Shown here: positions 52,276 through 63,921 of the stretch, in pieces
Layout: each line of letters starts with the position of its first letter
How positions within the stretch are numbered: the first letter of the stretch is position 1
Assembly: GCA_036918135.1 (NCBI GenBank)
Contig: JBALDB010000055.1
Location: forward strand, 44,401 to 108,400
Source: Nostoc sp.
Lineage (GTDB): Bacteria; Cyanobacteriota; Cyanobacteriia; Cyanobacteriales; Nostocaceae
Direction of reading: 5' to 3'
DNA length: 64,000 bases
The notes under the pieces: generated by a model
Seen by the model: the letters and a program-made list of their open reading frames with translations, nothing else
What the model was told of the DNA's origin: nothing
The model's database searches: none
Made by a program: the position numbers and the translations under genes

Positions 52276-53223
52276 CTAACCTTGCATCTGTCGCAGTGCA
52301 TTAAACGCCTTACCTCGCAACCCAACTGGTAACAAAGATAACCCTAAACCAGTCCAAGCTTTAGCAGTTGAACTAGATTGTCCTGCCAAAACTAGCTCTC
52401 TACCTTTTTGCGTTTCCCCTTTTTCAATTAAACGCAAACCTAATAATAGTTGCGTTTCCATTAGACGATTTTGCCTAATTTTTTCTATTTTATCAAATTC
52501 AAATTTATAACTTTTTAAATACTGAACTTTATCAAATAAATAAGGAATAGCCCGATTGATACCTTGCTGTTCTGCATGACAACGATATTCCATTAATAAT
52601 TTTGGTAAATAATAACCCTTTTTTCCAGCCAAAGCCAGCCGCACAAATAAATCATTATCTTCACAATTTTGTATATTCGGCAACATAAATCCTAATTCTT
52701 GTAATGTTTGATGCCGAAATAATGTTGCTCCAATTTGAAAACTTTGATGAATAAATACAACTTCTAGCAAATTATCTACAATACCTGCGGGTAAATTCTT
52801 TCTCCCCCAGCGATGAGAATTTTCCTGAGTTTTTGCCTCATCCTGAATATTATTAATATCAATTATCCAATGGTCTGTACCAACAAAATCGATATTAGAG
52901 TCTTGGTCAAGAATAGCTGCTGTACTTGCCAGAAAATCAGGTGTGAGTCGGTCATCATCATCAAATTTAATGAAATATTCACCGCTGGCTGCATCAAATC
53001 CAGAGCGCATATTATTACTTTTACCTATATTTTGCGGATGACGAATGTATTTAATGCGATGGTCTGTGTATTCTGAGATAAAATCAGGTGTACCATCGCT
53101 AGAACCGTCATCACAAATAATTAGTTCAAAGTCTTGCTCTGACTGATTAAGTACACTGTCAATGGCATAAGGCAAAAGAGAGATCCGATTAAAAGTAGGA
53201 ATACAAACAGTAATTTTGGGCAT
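52276..53223 (-). CDS. Glycosyltransferase family 2
   Basis: ITVCIPTFNR, DDGSSD, FDDDD and ED motifs. Confidence 0.9.
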   Translation of the reverse strand: MPKITVCIPTFNRISLLPYAIDSVLNQSEQDFELIICDDGSSDGTPDFISEYTDHRIKYIRHPQNIGKSNNMRSGFDAASGEYFIKFDDDDRLTPDFLASTAAILDQDSNIDFVGTDHWIIDINNIQDEAKTQENSHRWGRKNLPAGIVDNLLEVVFIHQSFQIGATLFRHQTLQELGFMLPNIQNCEDNDLFVRLALAGKKGYYLPKLLMEYRCHAEQQGINRAIPYLFDKVQYLKSYKFEFDKIEKIRQNRLMETQLLLGLRLIEKGETQKGRELVLAGQSSSTAKAWTGLGLSLLPVGLRGKAFNALRQMQG

Positions 53224-53542
53224 ATTATATACTAATTTATTTTTATTTACTCAGTAGCGCAAATAATTGCGATCGCTGCTTTATGAGCTATTATTCCCAA
53301 ATATGTAATTATATACACATCTTTATTAAGATAGAGCAGAATTGAAAAGTTCAATATTAGCAAGTAAAACAAGCTTGATACTTAGCTTGAAGACTAATCG
53401 TTGGCTACTTCACTTGAAATCCGCTGTAAATCAATTACCCTTGGGACAACAACTAGAGAGCAGACTTACCTAACGTTAGTTAAGAGCGTTATAGAATAGA
53501 AATAAAGTTTATATACATTTCGCTGATTAAGCATAATTGCCC

Positions 53543-54907
53543 ATGACCACTTCTAAACGCCACTATCACATCACTACCTTCGGTTGTCAGATGAATAAAG
53601 CTGACTCAGAGCGCATGGCTGGCGTTTTAGAAGACATGGGCTTTGAGTGGTCTCAAGACCCAAATAGTGCAGATGTGATTCTCTATAATACCTGCACAAT
53701 TCGAGATAATGCCGAGCAAAAGGTATATTCTTACCTTGGGAGACAGGCAAAGCGCAAGCACGAACAGCCTGACTTAACCCTGATTGTTGCTGGTTGTGTT
53801 GCCCAGCAAGAAGGCGAAGCGCTGTTGCGGCGTGTGCCAGAATTAGACTTGGTAATGGGGCCACAACACGCCAACCGCCTCAAAGATTTGTTGGAATCGG
53901 TGTTTGAGGGTAACCAAGTTGTGGCAACCGAGCCGGTTCACATTATCGAGGATATCACCCAGCCGCGACGAGATAGTAAAGTCACAGCTTGGGTAAATGT
54001 GATTTACGGTTGTAACGAACGCTGCACCTACTGTGTAGTTCCCAATGTGCGGGGTGTAGAACAATCTCGCACACCAGAAGCTATTCGTACAGAAATGGCA
54101 GAATTAGGACGACAAGGTTACAAAGAAGTTACTTTACTCGGTCAAAATATTGACGCTTACGGCAGAGATTTGCCAGGAACCACACCAGAGGGTAGGCATC
54201 TGCACAACTTCACAGATTTACTTTATTACGTCCATGACGTGCCGGGAATTGAAAGGATAAGATTTGCGACAAGTCACCCCCGTTATTTTACTGAGAGATT
54301 AATTCGGGCTTGTGCTGAGTTGCCTAAAGTCTGCGAACACTTCCACATTCCCTTCCAATCTGGGGATAATGAAGTTTTAAAGGCGATGTCACGGGGTTAC
54401 ACCCATGAAAAATATCGCCGAATTATCGATACCATTCGGCGATATATGCCAGATGCTTCAATTAGTGCCGATGCAATTGTCGGATTTCCCACAGAAACAG
54501 AACAACAGTTTGAAAATACCTTGAAACTCGTGGAAGATATAGGCTTTGATATGTTGAACACAGCCGCATATTCGCCGCGTCCAGGGACACCAGCCGCTTT
54601 GTGGGACAATCAACTGAGTGAAGAAATTAAAAGCGATCGCCTACAAAGATTGAATCATCTAGTAGCCATCAAAGCAAGCGAGCGATCGCAACGTTACTTC
54701 GGACGCATTGAAGAAGTTTTAGTAGAAGACCAAAACCCCAAAGATAAAACTCAAGTCATGGGACGCACTGGTGGTAATCGTTTAACCTTCTTCACTGGTG
54801 ACATCGAAGAATTGAAAGGGCAATTAGTAAAGGTTAAAATTACTGAAGTTCGCGCTTTTAGTTTGACAGGTGAACCAGTTGAAGTCAGACAAGCTATATC
54901 TATCTAA
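53543..54907 (+). CDS. miaB: tRNA-2-methylthio-N6-dimethylallyladenosine synthase
   Basis: [27 protein letters not shown] radical SAM motif, TRAM domain. Confidence 0.96.
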   Translation: MTTSKRHYHITTFGCQMNKADSERMAGVLEDMGFEWSQDPNSADVILYNTCTIRDNAEQKVYSYLGRQAKRKHEQPDLTLIVAGCVAQQEGEALLRRVPELDLVMGPQHANRLKDLLESVFEGNQVVATEPVHIIEDITQPRRDSKVTAWVNVIYGCNERCTYCVVPNVRGVEQSRTPEAIRTEMAELGRQGYKEVTLLGQNIDAYGRDLPGTTPEGRHLHNFTDLLYYVHDVPGIERIRFATSHPRYFTERLIRACAELPKVCEHFHIPFQSGDNEVLKAMSRGYTHEKYRRIIDTIRRYMPDASISADAIVGFPTETEQQFENTLKLVEDIGFDMLNTAAYSPRPGTPAALWDNQLSEEIKSDRLQRLNHLVAIKASERSQRYFGRIEEVLVEDQNPKDKTQVMGRTGGNRLTFFTGDIEELKGQLVKVKITEVRAFSLTGEPVEVRQAISI

Positions 54908-55186
54908 TATTAGGAATATGATACAGCAGATTTCAAGCAAAGTAATGACGTTATAAATAAAAAATCAAGGCTGAAGAATAAAAGCTAAAAAACTTTATAC
55001 TTCATGCCTCTAAGGAAAATCACAGTCTTTTATTTAATCAGCGATCGGTGATTCAGTTATCAGTTGTCAGGTGTATGGTAGGGAATTTAGACTTACCACC
55101 AACGCTTAGCACCAGATGGTGGGGAACTCTGACCGAAGGATAAATACATCACTGTTGACTGATAATTGTTCACTGATAACTGTTGA

Positions 55187-56203
55187 CTAGCGGAACATGC
55201 TACTGACTGAGGTATCTTCATGAATTCGCCAGATAGTTTCTCCTAAGAGATTAGCGACTGATAGCACCACCAGTTGGGGAAAGCGATTGCTTTCTGATAA
55301 GGGAATTGTATTTGTGACAATCACTTCCTCGAACAAGCCACTGGATAATCGCTCCATAGCAGGTGGAGAGAACACTGCATGAGTTGCACAGGCGTATACC
55401 TGACTAGCTCCCTCTTCACGCAGTAGTCTCGCTCCTTCAGCGATCGTACCACCGGTGTCGATCATGTCATCCACTAACACTGCGGTTTTGCCTTTAACAT
55501 CGCCGATCACATTTAACACTTCTGCAACATTGTGTGCCTGACGGCGTTTATCAATAATTGCTAGTGGAGCATCATTGAGTTTTTTGGCAAATGCCCTGGC
55601 TCGTGCTACGCCGCCAACATCTGGGGAAACAACCACAAGGTCAGGTAGTTGTTTTCTTGCTAGATAATCTAACAATACTGGCGAACCGTAAACATGATCG
55701 AAGGGTATATCGAAATAGCCCTGAATCTGAGCCGAGTGCAAATCCATTGCCAAAACGCGGTTAGCACCTGCTTCGGTAATTAAGTTAGCAACTAGCTTGG
55801 CGGTTATTGATTCTCGTCCTGCCGTTTTGCGATCGGCCCGGGCGTAGCCATAGTAGGGAATTACAGCTGTCACCTGTCGTGCAGAAGCTCGACGACAAGC
55901 GTCAACCATAATCAATAATTCCATCAAGTGATCGTTGACGGGTTGACAAGATGGCTGGATTAAATAGACATCACAACCCCGAATTGATTCTTGAATTTGA
56001 ACGTAAAGTTCTCCATCCGCAAATCTTTTGCGGATCATTGGCCCCAAGTCCATGCCCAGGTAACGAGCGACTTCTTGAGACAGTTGTAAATTGGCAGAGC
56101 CAGAAAACAGCCGCAGGCGATGATTATCAGTCAGTCCTGTTGCAGATGTTTCCACTTTAAAAGTTGCAGAACTGAGCACAGCAGATCCTCGATGTGCATT
56201 CAT
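55187..56203 (-). CDS. prs: Ribose-phosphate pyrophosphokinase
   Basis: PYYGYARADRK, DLHSAQIQGYFD, VDDMIDTGGT. Confidence 0.97.
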   Translation of the reverse strand: MNAHRGSAVLSSATFKVETSATGLTDNHRLRLFSGSANLQLSQEVARYLGMDLGPMIRKRFADGELYVQIQESIRGCDVYLIQPSCQPVNDHLMELLIMVDACRRASARQVTAVIPYYGYARADRKTAGRESITAKLVANLITEAGANRVLAMDLHSAQIQGYFDIPFDHVYGSPVLLDYLARKQLPDLVVVSPDVGGVARARAFAKKLNDAPLAIIDKRRQAHNVAEVLNVIGDVKGKTAVLVDDMIDTGGTIAEGARLLREEGASQVYACATHAVFSPPAMERLSSGLFEEVIVTNTIPLSESNRFPQLVVLSVANLLGETIWRIHEDTSVSSMFR

Positions 56204-56999
56204 AGCAATATTATCATTAGAGATTTTATAGATTTAACCAAGAAATAGCCTAAAAAAACATCTGTGAGTTTTATTGAAGCTTCCATACAAAATTTAAACA
56301 TTTTTCCATAAAATTATCATTTGTTAATTGTCTAATCTTCTGATGTAACAAATTATCGATCCCTTACCTGACATCAAGTCAAGTCAGCCAACTAGATGTA
56401 CTAGTTGAATTTTTTTGGTCTTGAGGTAAATAACCCTAATCTCTCAAAGATTAGTGCGATAGATTGTTCTAACTACCTCATTTATAACTGAGAGTAAAGC
56501 ATTTACAACTTAAGTGATATTGAAATTTGTTCAAAGATAGAAAAAGGTTGATAACTAAGTGCTTAGGGGGTATCTTATTATATTCTAAGATTTTAACCGG
56601 AAATAAATAATCTGACAGATTTAATTTTAAGTTGTAATTAACACAATATAAATCAGAATATATGCGTATTTAACTAAATTCTTAAAGTTATGGGTTATGG
56701 TGAAGCTGACATATAATTGCTGGCAGCTAGTTTTTTCCTCTACCCTACTGACTAGAAGAAGACAAAAAGAGGGACTTGCAACAAGTCTTTTTCCTTGTCC
56801 CGAATTCACCTTGTCTCCCCATTTTCTTTGTTAACGTGCCCCATTCCAAAAAGCTAAGATTGCTGTGGAGAGTTTCTCATTGGGAGTATAGCTATTAGGT
56901 AAGGTAAAATATCGCTGCATGTAACTGTCTGTCGCCACTTGGACTTAATCTTTGTCGGTGACTTCCTCCTCAGTTGCCATTACACTCAATTATTGGATC

Positions 57000-58712
57000 A
57001 TGCAATCACCCATTACAGTTGGTACTGTCTTGCAAAACCGTTACCGCATAATTCAAATTCTCGGACAAGGGGGATTTGGTAGAACCTATCTGGCAGAAGA
57101 CCAGAGGCGCTTTAACGAACTTTGCGCGATCGAGGAATTGATTTCAACAGCAACGGAGGCTTTCGCTAGGCAGAAAGCACAAGAACTTTTTCACCGAGAG
57201 GCTGCTATTTTATATCAAATCGAACACCCACAAGTGCCGAAATTCCGGGAAAGATTTGAGCAAGACCAACGCTTATTTTTAGTAGAGGACTACGTAGCAG
57301 GTCAGACGTACCGAACTCTGCTGAGCGAGAAGCAAGCTGTGGGTCAAACTTTCACACAAGCAGAAGTGTTCAAGTTAATTCAGTCTTTGTTGCCTGTTTT
57401 AGAGCATATTCATAGCCGAGGAATTATTCACCGGGATATCTCGCCAGAAAATATTATTTTGCGAGATAGCGATGGTAAGCCTGTGTTAATTGACTTTGGA
57501 GTGGTAAAAGAACTTGCAAGGCGTTTGCAATTTCCAGATAGCCCAATGCCTGTCACTAGGGTGGGAAAATTAGGATACTCTCCAAGTGAGCAAGCACAAA
57601 CAGGAGGAGCTTATCCTAGTAGTGACTTGTATGCATTAGCAGTGAGTGCGATTGTTTTGCTAACTGGTAGAGAACCAAGAGATTTATTTGATGAAAACCA
57701 ATTAACTTGGAATTGGCAGCGATGGGCAAAAGTAAATCCACGATTCGCCCAGATTTTGAATCGAATGTTAAATCATATTCCCAGCGATCGCTACCAAACT
57801 GCTGCTGAAGTATCCCAAGCATTACAATCTTTACAACAACCCAGTGTCCCTACCCCTAATTCCAACTTGCAGACAATGGCTGTTGGTCGCCGTCCTGACT
57901 TGGTATCACCAGCAGCTTCGCCGAAAAAACCTGCTCCCGTGATTCCACCAAATCAGACTAGCTCGCTATTGGATAATCCCTTAGCGATCGCCGCAATTGG
58001 CTGTGCTGTAGTTATTGTAGCGGGATTTGGTTCTTGGGCGTTGGTAAGTTCTATTCGCAGTCAGTCAAAAGCATCACCAGATGAAACGCTTCCCCAAAAT
58101 TTTCCTTCACCAGTGATTTCTGGTGGTACCACATTCACATCCACACCCACACCTACACCTACTCAAGACCAACCTGTTATATCTACTAAGCCTTTGAACC
58201 TGGGAGCATTTAACGCTATCCCAGTTGAAGGTACTATAAAAGCAAATCAAATCATCCGCTACACTTTTGATACCCAGGAAGGAGTCAGGTTAAGTACATT
58301 TCTTGACCCAGGAAGCAGTGTTTTGCTAACAGTGTTAAATCCCAATCAACAACCAATTGATAATAATGCTCAGCAAGTCACATCTTATGAAGGCACATTG
58401 CTAGTTCCGGGTGTATACACTATCGAGTTAACTTTGCCTCCAGGAGTTGCCGAAAGTAATTACAATCTCAATGTTGGATTACAAAAACTCATCCAACCAA
58501 CACCCATAGAAATACCTACGCCAATTCCAACACAGACACCCACGCCAATTCCAACTCTAATTCCAACTCCAATTCCAACTCTAATTCCAACTCCAGACAC
58601 GCAAACACCTACACCAATTCCAACTCTAATTCCAACTCCAGATACACAGAACGATAATCCACCTGTCGATAGCCCACTCGCACCAATTCCCAATCCAACA
58701 ATTTCGCCCTAA
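57000..58712 (+). CDS. Membrane Ser/Thr protein kinase with Pro/Thr-rich tail
   Basis: GQGGFG, HRDISPEN, DFG, TM helix; the usual AxK lysine reads AIE. Confidence 0.88.
   Translation: MQSPITVGTVLQNRYRIIQILGQGGFGRTYLAEDQRRFNELCAIEELISTATEAFARQKAQELFHREAAILYQIEHPQVPKFRERFEQDQRLFLVEDYVAGQTYRTLLSEKQAVGQTFTQAEVFKLIQSLLPVLEHIHSRGIIHRDISPENIILRDSDGKPVLIDFGVVKELARRLQFPDSPMPVTRVGKLGYSPSEQAQTGGAYPSSDLYALAVSAIVLLTGREPRDLFDENQLTWNWQRWAKVNPRFAQILNRMLNHIPSDRYQTAAEVSQALQSLQQPSVPTPNSNLQTMAVGRRPDLVSPAASPKKPAPVIPPNQTSSLLDNPLAIAAIGCAVVIVAGFGSWALVSSIRSQSKASPDETLPQNFPSPVISGGTTFTSTPTPTPTQDQPVISTKPLNLGAFNAIPVEGTIKANQIIRYTFDTQEGVRLSTFLDPGSSVLLTVLNPNQQPIDNNAQQVTSYEGTLLVPGVYTIELTLPPGVAESNYNLNVGLQKLIQPTPIEIPTPIPTQTPTPIPTLIPTPIPTLIPTPDTQTPTPIPTLIPTPDTQNDNPPVDSPLAPIPNPTISP
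58495..58650 (+). repeat. Coding PT/PI repeat in the kinase tail
   Basis: ccaattccaactctaattccaact repeated. Confidence 0.75.
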
Positions 58713-59015
58713 ATTTAGCAGTTTTTTCAAAGTAAATAGCTATCTTCCAAAAGTCTGTAACACCTCACCCCTTAATCCCCTCCCCTTACCAAGAAGAGGG
58801 GAGACTAAGCGTAATTTAGCCTCTTTAGGGTTCTTCGTTTGTGATTTATCTAAGAGGTCTAATGAATGTAATTATCGAAATTGGACTAAAATAAATTATT
58901 AGTTATTAGTATTTATAAAATAAACACTAATAACTAATAATGAAAAATAATAAAAACTGCTGTATATTTATTATTTTTATCCAGTTACTCAATTAAATAA
59001 ATAATATTATACAAA

Positions 59016-59693
59016 TTGTTGAACACACTACTGATTACTGGAACTGATACCGACACTGGTAAAACTGTTTTAACCACAGCGTTAGCAGCTTATTGGCAAA
59101 AATATTACCCGCAGCGTAGCTGGGGAATCATGAAACCGATTCAATCAGGAATTGGCGATCGCGAGTGGTACCAAAATCTATTCGCGCTAGAACAATCCCC
59201 CCAAGAAATTACACCTTTATATTTTCAAGCACCCTTAGCTCCACCGATCGCCGCAGCACGAGAAAATCGCCAAGTAGATTTAGCACTGGTGTGGCAAACT
59301 TTGTCTAAATTGCGATCGGAGCGTGATTTTTTATTAGTAGAAGCCTTGGGTGGGTTGGGTTCGCCAGTCACAGAAGAATTAACGGTAGCTGATTTAGCAG
59401 CAGAATGGCGCTTACCAACGCTATTGGTAGTACCTGTGAAATTAGGAGCGATCGCTGGTGCAGTGGCTAATGTAGCATTAGCTAAACAATTGCGCGTGCA
59501 TCTGGTAGGCATTGTGTTGAACTGCGTACAACCCCGTTCAGATGCAGAAATAGCCGACTGGACACCACACCAATTAATTCAATCATTAACTAACACGCCA
59601 GTTTTAGGCTGCTTACCTTATGTAGACAATCTCACTGATTTAGAGAAACTTGCTCAAATAGCATCAGATTTAGATTTAGAAACACTAATGTAA
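59016..59693 (+). CDS. bioD: Dethiobiotin synthase
   Basis: ITGTDTDTGKT, KPIQSG, VEALGG. Confidence 0.93.
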   Translation: MLNTLLITGTDTDTGKTVLTTALAAYWQKYYPQRSWGIMKPIQSGIGDREWYQNLFALEQSPQEITPLYFQAPLAPPIAAARENRQVDLALVWQTLSKLRSERDFLLVEALGGLGSPVTEELTVADLAAEWRLPTLLVVPVKLGAIAGAVANVALAKQLRVHLVGIVLNCVQPRSDAEIADWTPHQLIQSLTNTPVLGCLPYVDNLTDLEKLAQIASDLDLETLM

Positions 59694-59717
59694 ATTGCCA
59701 AAAATTCCTCGATTGTT

Positions 59718-59882
59718 ATGACTGAAGAACTTCAGAACGAAAAAGAAAAAATACAAGCAAGCGGTAGTATCAAGATAAATCAACAAACAGAAAACGAAAA
59801 AGTTCTATGTTCTCATTGTCAGCGCACCGCTACCAACGGTATTAAATGTAAAGGAATTTGTGTGGCTGACAGCGACTATTAA
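59718..59882 (+). CDS. 54-aa Cys-rich small protein (below ORF track cutoff)
   Basis: MTEELQ...LCSHCQRTATNGIKCKGICVADSDY*, directly after bioD. Confidence 0.6.
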   Translation: MTEELQNEKEKIQASGSIKINQQTENEKVLCSHCQRTATNGIKCKGICVADSDY

Positions 59883-60000
59883 GAAACTGCAACAAAAACA
59901 ACCTCTTGAAGTTGGTGACTAATGACTGTTGAGCGTTGAGTGTAAACAGTGGAATATTTTTGTTTGGCAGTCGCTTAAGGTATAAAGTCCCAAATAGCAA

Positions 60001-60134
60001 TTAAGTAAGTCGGTGCAATAAAACCAAACTGTGTAAAGAAAAGTAATATAAGGCTCAAACTCTTTCTCACCCTACTCCCTGCTCCCTGCCCCCTATCTTA
60101 TCCCAACAATAATTATTTATGCCGATCTACTTAA
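60001..60134. repeat. MITE-like small element with imperfect terminal inverted repeats
   Basis: ttaagtaagtcggtgcaataa ... ttatttatgccgatctacttaa enclosing heptamer repeats. Confidence 0.4.
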
Positions 60135-60234
60135 TTTGGGCTTTGATCCGTGAACGCTATGAGACTCGTCAAACTCACGTTAAAGTAGGAAAATAACCTA
60201 AGTTAGCTCTGCTGTAAACTACCTTGTCTTGATA

Positions 60235-61485
60235 ATGGTTTCCACTTTTCCAAACCCTTCTTCTGTTGACCTATCTCGAATTCGACTTTCAATTCGCTCA
60301 TTGCAACCGCAATTGATAGAGTGGCGGCGGCGATTACATCAACAACCAGAGTTGGGTTTTCAGGAAAAACTGACTGCTGAGTTTGTCTCACAAAAATTGC
60401 AAGAATGGGGAATTGAGCATCAAACTGGTATTGCCCAAACTGGTATTGTCGCCACTATCAAGGGTAATAAACTCGCCACAGAGGCGATTAATCGCGTCTC
60501 TCCACTCAGCACACAGAAGGTTTTGGCAATTCGAGCCGATATGGATGCTTTGCCAATTCAAGAGCTTAACGAAGTGTCTTATAAATCGCAGCATGATGGA
60601 GTAATGCACGCTTGTGGACATGATGGACATACTGCGATCGCTTTAGGTACAGCTTACTATCTGCAACAGCATCGTCAAGACTTTTCAGGTACGGTGAAAA
60701 TTATCTTTCAGCCAGCAGAAGAATCGCCAGGAGGTGCCAAGCCGATGATTGAAGCTGGGGTGCTGAAAAATCCTGATGTTGACGCAATTATTGGTTTGCA
60801 TTTGTGGAATAATTTGCCTTTGGGAACTGTAGGTGTTCGCAGTGGTGCGTTAATGGCGGCTGTGGAGTGCTTTAACTGTACAATTTTGGGCAAAGGTGGA
60901 CACGGCGCACTACCCCATCAAACTGTGGATTCCGTTGTCGTTGCTGCTCAAATTGTCAATGCTTTGCAAACTATTGTGGCTCGGAATGTCAATCCTATTG
61001 ATTCGGCTGTGGTGACAGTAGGCGAACTTCATGCTGGAACCAAGCGGAATGTAATTGCTGACACAGCGAGAATGAGTGCCACTGTTAGGTATTTTAATCC
61101 GAGTTTTAAAGGCTTTTTTCATCAGCGCGTTGAGCAGATTATCGCCGGAATTTGTCAGAGTCAGGGTGCAAATTATGACTTAGATTATTGGTCGCTTTAT
61201 CCACCAGTAATTAATGATGTAAAGATGGCAGAATTGGTAAAATCTGTAGCAGAACAAGTAGTAGAAACTCCTATAGGAATTGTACCAGAATGCCAAACTA
61301 TGGCGGCTGAAGATATGTCGTTTTTCTTGGAAGAAGTGCCTGGTTGCTATTTCTTTTTGGGTTCTGCGAATGCAGAGAAAGATTTGGCTTATCCGCATCA
61401 TCATCCCCGGTTTGATTTTGATGAGACGGCGTTGGGAATGGGTGTGGAAATATTTGTCAGATGTGTGGAGAAGTTTTTTGATTGA
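60235..61485 (+). CDS. M20D amidohydrolase (N-acyl-amino acid amidohydrolase-like)
   Basis: RADMDALP, MHACGHDGH, FQPAEE, AEDMSF, HHPRFDFDE. Confidence 0.92.
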   Translation: MVSTFPNPSSVDLSRIRLSIRSLQPQLIEWRRRLHQQPELGFQEKLTAEFVSQKLQEWGIEHQTGIAQTGIVATIKGNKLATEAINRVSPLSTQKVLAIRADMDALPIQELNEVSYKSQHDGVMHACGHDGHTAIALGTAYYLQQHRQDFSGTVKIIFQPAEESPGGAKPMIEAGVLKNPDVDAIIGLHLWNNLPLGTVGVRSGALMAAVECFNCTILGKGGHGALPHQTVDSVVVAAQIVNALQTIVARNVNPIDSAVVTVGELHAGTKRNVIADTARMSATVRYFNPSFKGFFHQRVEQIIAGICQSQGANYDLDYWSLYPPVINDVKMAELVKSVAEQVVETPIGIVPECQTMAAEDMSFFLEEVPGCYFFLGSANAEKDLAYPHHHPRFDFDETALGMGVEIFVRCVEKFFD

Positions 61486-61604
61486 GTGGGTGTAAATTAG
61501 ATGTTTTTAATTACAGCATATTGCAACTTGACAGTCATTATTACCCCTGTGTTTACAATGTTTAAAATTGGGCGTTAATTTATATAGTTGATAGACACTT
61601 GAAA

Positions 61605-62429
61605 TTAATTACTTTCTTGCTCATCTAACCAAGCTACTAAATCAGATAGTTGTGAAAAGTCTAGTAATGCTTCTGCTAAATTATCTAACTTTTCAACTGA
61701 TAACACTCTAATTCTCTCAATTAATGATGAATCTATTTCAGCAAAACGACGATTTAGCTGGCGTATAATTGTGCGTTCTTCACCTTGCTTATCTCCTTTC
61801 TGCAAAATATCTTGATAAATCACTGACTCTTGCATAAGATCCTCGCTCAATAACTGACGAATAAAATCCTTTTCAAATCGCAAACCTGCTAAAATTTCTG
61901 TGTAAGCTGCAATATTCTGTCTTGTTTCTCTATCCAAAATTGTAGCAACACTCTGGGCAACTTGGAATAATAACCCTTGGGGTGAATCTGTCTGTGTTAA
62001 AGGTGCTAACGGTAATAATGCAGGATTATCGAGAAATAATGCCGAATCTTGTTCCCACATTCGTACAACACGATAGCGATGATTTGTCATTTCATTTACA
62101 TATTCTTCGGTAAAAGCGATTTCCTTACTTGTCTCTTGCAAGAAAATTACTACCTGCGTTATTGGAACATCATATTTTCGTACTAACCTCACAAAGTAAT
62201 CCAACATTCTTAAGGGAATGGGAGTATCTGATTTTTGCGTTGTTTGAAATTCCAAATGTAAAATACGATTTTCTGTTTGTAAAAATGTAACAGAATCTGC
62301 TCGAATTGGTTCGATGCTTAATTCAGTTTTTAATACTTTAATTTTTTGCGGTTCATCAGGTAGAAGCCACCTGGCAAAATCCGTTGGATATTTTTCTGCT
62401 AATATTTTACAAACATTGTCGAAAGACAC
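61605..62429 (-). CDS. Rpn family PD-(D/E)XK nuclease with DUF4351-like tail
   Basis: IRAD...HLEFQ...RMLDY; internal MQESVIY. Confidence 0.85.
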   Translation of the reverse strand: MSFDNVCKILAEKYPTDFARWLLPDEPQKIKVLKTELSIEPIRADSVTFLQTENRILHLEFQTTQKSDTPIPLRMLDYFVRLVRKYDVPITQVVIFLQETSKEIAFTEEYVNEMTNHRYRVVRMWEQDSALFLDNPALLPLAPLTQTDSPQGLLFQVAQSVATILDRETRQNIAAYTEILAGLRFEKDFIRQLLSEDLMQESVIYQDILQKGDKQGEERTIIRQLNRRFAEIDSSLIERIRVLSVEKLDNLAEALLDFSQLSDLVAWLDEQESN

Positions 62430-62596
62430 AAATTACACCGAATTTATATTGATTTATATATTATCTAATGCCGATCGTAGCTTTTTATATTTACTAAGCG
62501 TGCGCCTTAGTGCCTTGCCTATTTAAACATGTTGATTTTGACACGCTTTTTGTGAGTTATGGTGGTTAGCGTTGCTGAATAAGGCTGTGCATACAG

Positions 62597-63921
62597 CTAT
62601 ACGCCCCTATAGTTATGTTTAATTAAACTTGAAATTGCGATGAGTAATTCCTCTGGTGTCACGGGTTTAACGATGTGCTGTTGAAACCCTGCTTGGAGTG
62701 CTTTTTGCTGATTGATTTTGCCTGCATAAGCAGTCACAGCGATCGCTGGAATATTTTGTCTTTTTGTTTGTGCTTCCCAAGCACGTACTTGTTGTATCAG
62801 CGTATAGCCGTTCATTTCTGGCATTCCAATATCGCTGAGTAAAATATCTGGTTTTGACTTTTCTAAAACTTCTAATGCTTCACTTGGTGATGGAACTGCG
62901 ATCGCAATTCATGGGAAAGCACCGCCAAAAACTCATGCTTTGATGCGGTAGGCAGCTTCTGCTTCCGCACGGGCTAATTTTTCTAGTTGCAGTAAGCGAT
63001 CGCGTTCTTCTTCGGTGCGTTTGCGATCGGTGATGTCGGTTAACATAGCGATCGCAAATCGTGAGAGACTGAATAGGAGAAGGATTCTAGTTCTTTGTTG
63101 GCGGCTTCTAACTGGGCTGTGCGCTCTTGAATCCGTTGCTCTAAGGTTTCATTTAATTGTTGTAGGGTAGTTTCGGCTTGTTTGCGATCGCTAATGTCGC
63201 TAACTAGTCCCAGCATCCGCACTGCTTCTCCTCGCTCGTTATAATAAATATGACCCCGCCCCCAAATCCAACGTAACTCTCCATCGGCGCGGTGAATGCG
63301 GCACTCAAAATCCCAAATATCGCTATTAGTTAAGGCACTCAAAAATTTGGCTTCAACTAAAGGGCGATCCTCAGCTAAGACATGTGCTAAGAATATTTCA
63401 TAAGTCCATTCCGGTAAAACAGACTTGTAGCCAAATATTTGGTCGTGTCGCAGCGAACGGTAGGCAGTTTGGTTGCTCAAGTCCAAATCCCAATCGCCTA
63501 ATTCTGCCGATTCTAAAGCAAAGCTTAACCGCTCCTTGCTCTCCCTCAAGGCTTCTTCTGCTAAAAGGCGATCGCGTAGCGCTGCTTGCTGATGTCACTG
63601 ATTAATGCTGCATATCCTTCAATGATTCCCTGTTGATTAAACAGGGGAACGTAAATAGCATTAACGTAACGTGTCCCACCATCTAGATAAGGAATTTGAC
63701 TTTCAAAACTAACCTGCACTCCTGAAAGTACTTGTTCCACATAGGGACGAATTACTTCATAGGCAGACTCACCCAAAACTTCCCGAATATGTTTTCTATA
63801 CACTTCTGCCGCTGGTTGTCCAAACCACTCTTCATAAGCTCGGTTGTTAAAGCGATAGCGTTGTTCTGAATCCACAAAGGAAATCAAAACTGGCAGTGTA
63901 TCTGTAATTAACGTGAGTTCG
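62597..63921 (-). pseudogene. Collapsed PAS / histidine kinase / receiver genes
   Basis: Two PAS domains, H-boxes SHDLRS and SHELRS each cut at a HIP1 site, partial receiver (DIGMPEMNGY, KP); no HATPase domain. Confidence 0.8.

Noticed and set aside
55050..55185. Structured RNA between miaB and prs
   Set aside because: Inverted heptamer repeats between convergent genes; no recognisable RNA family
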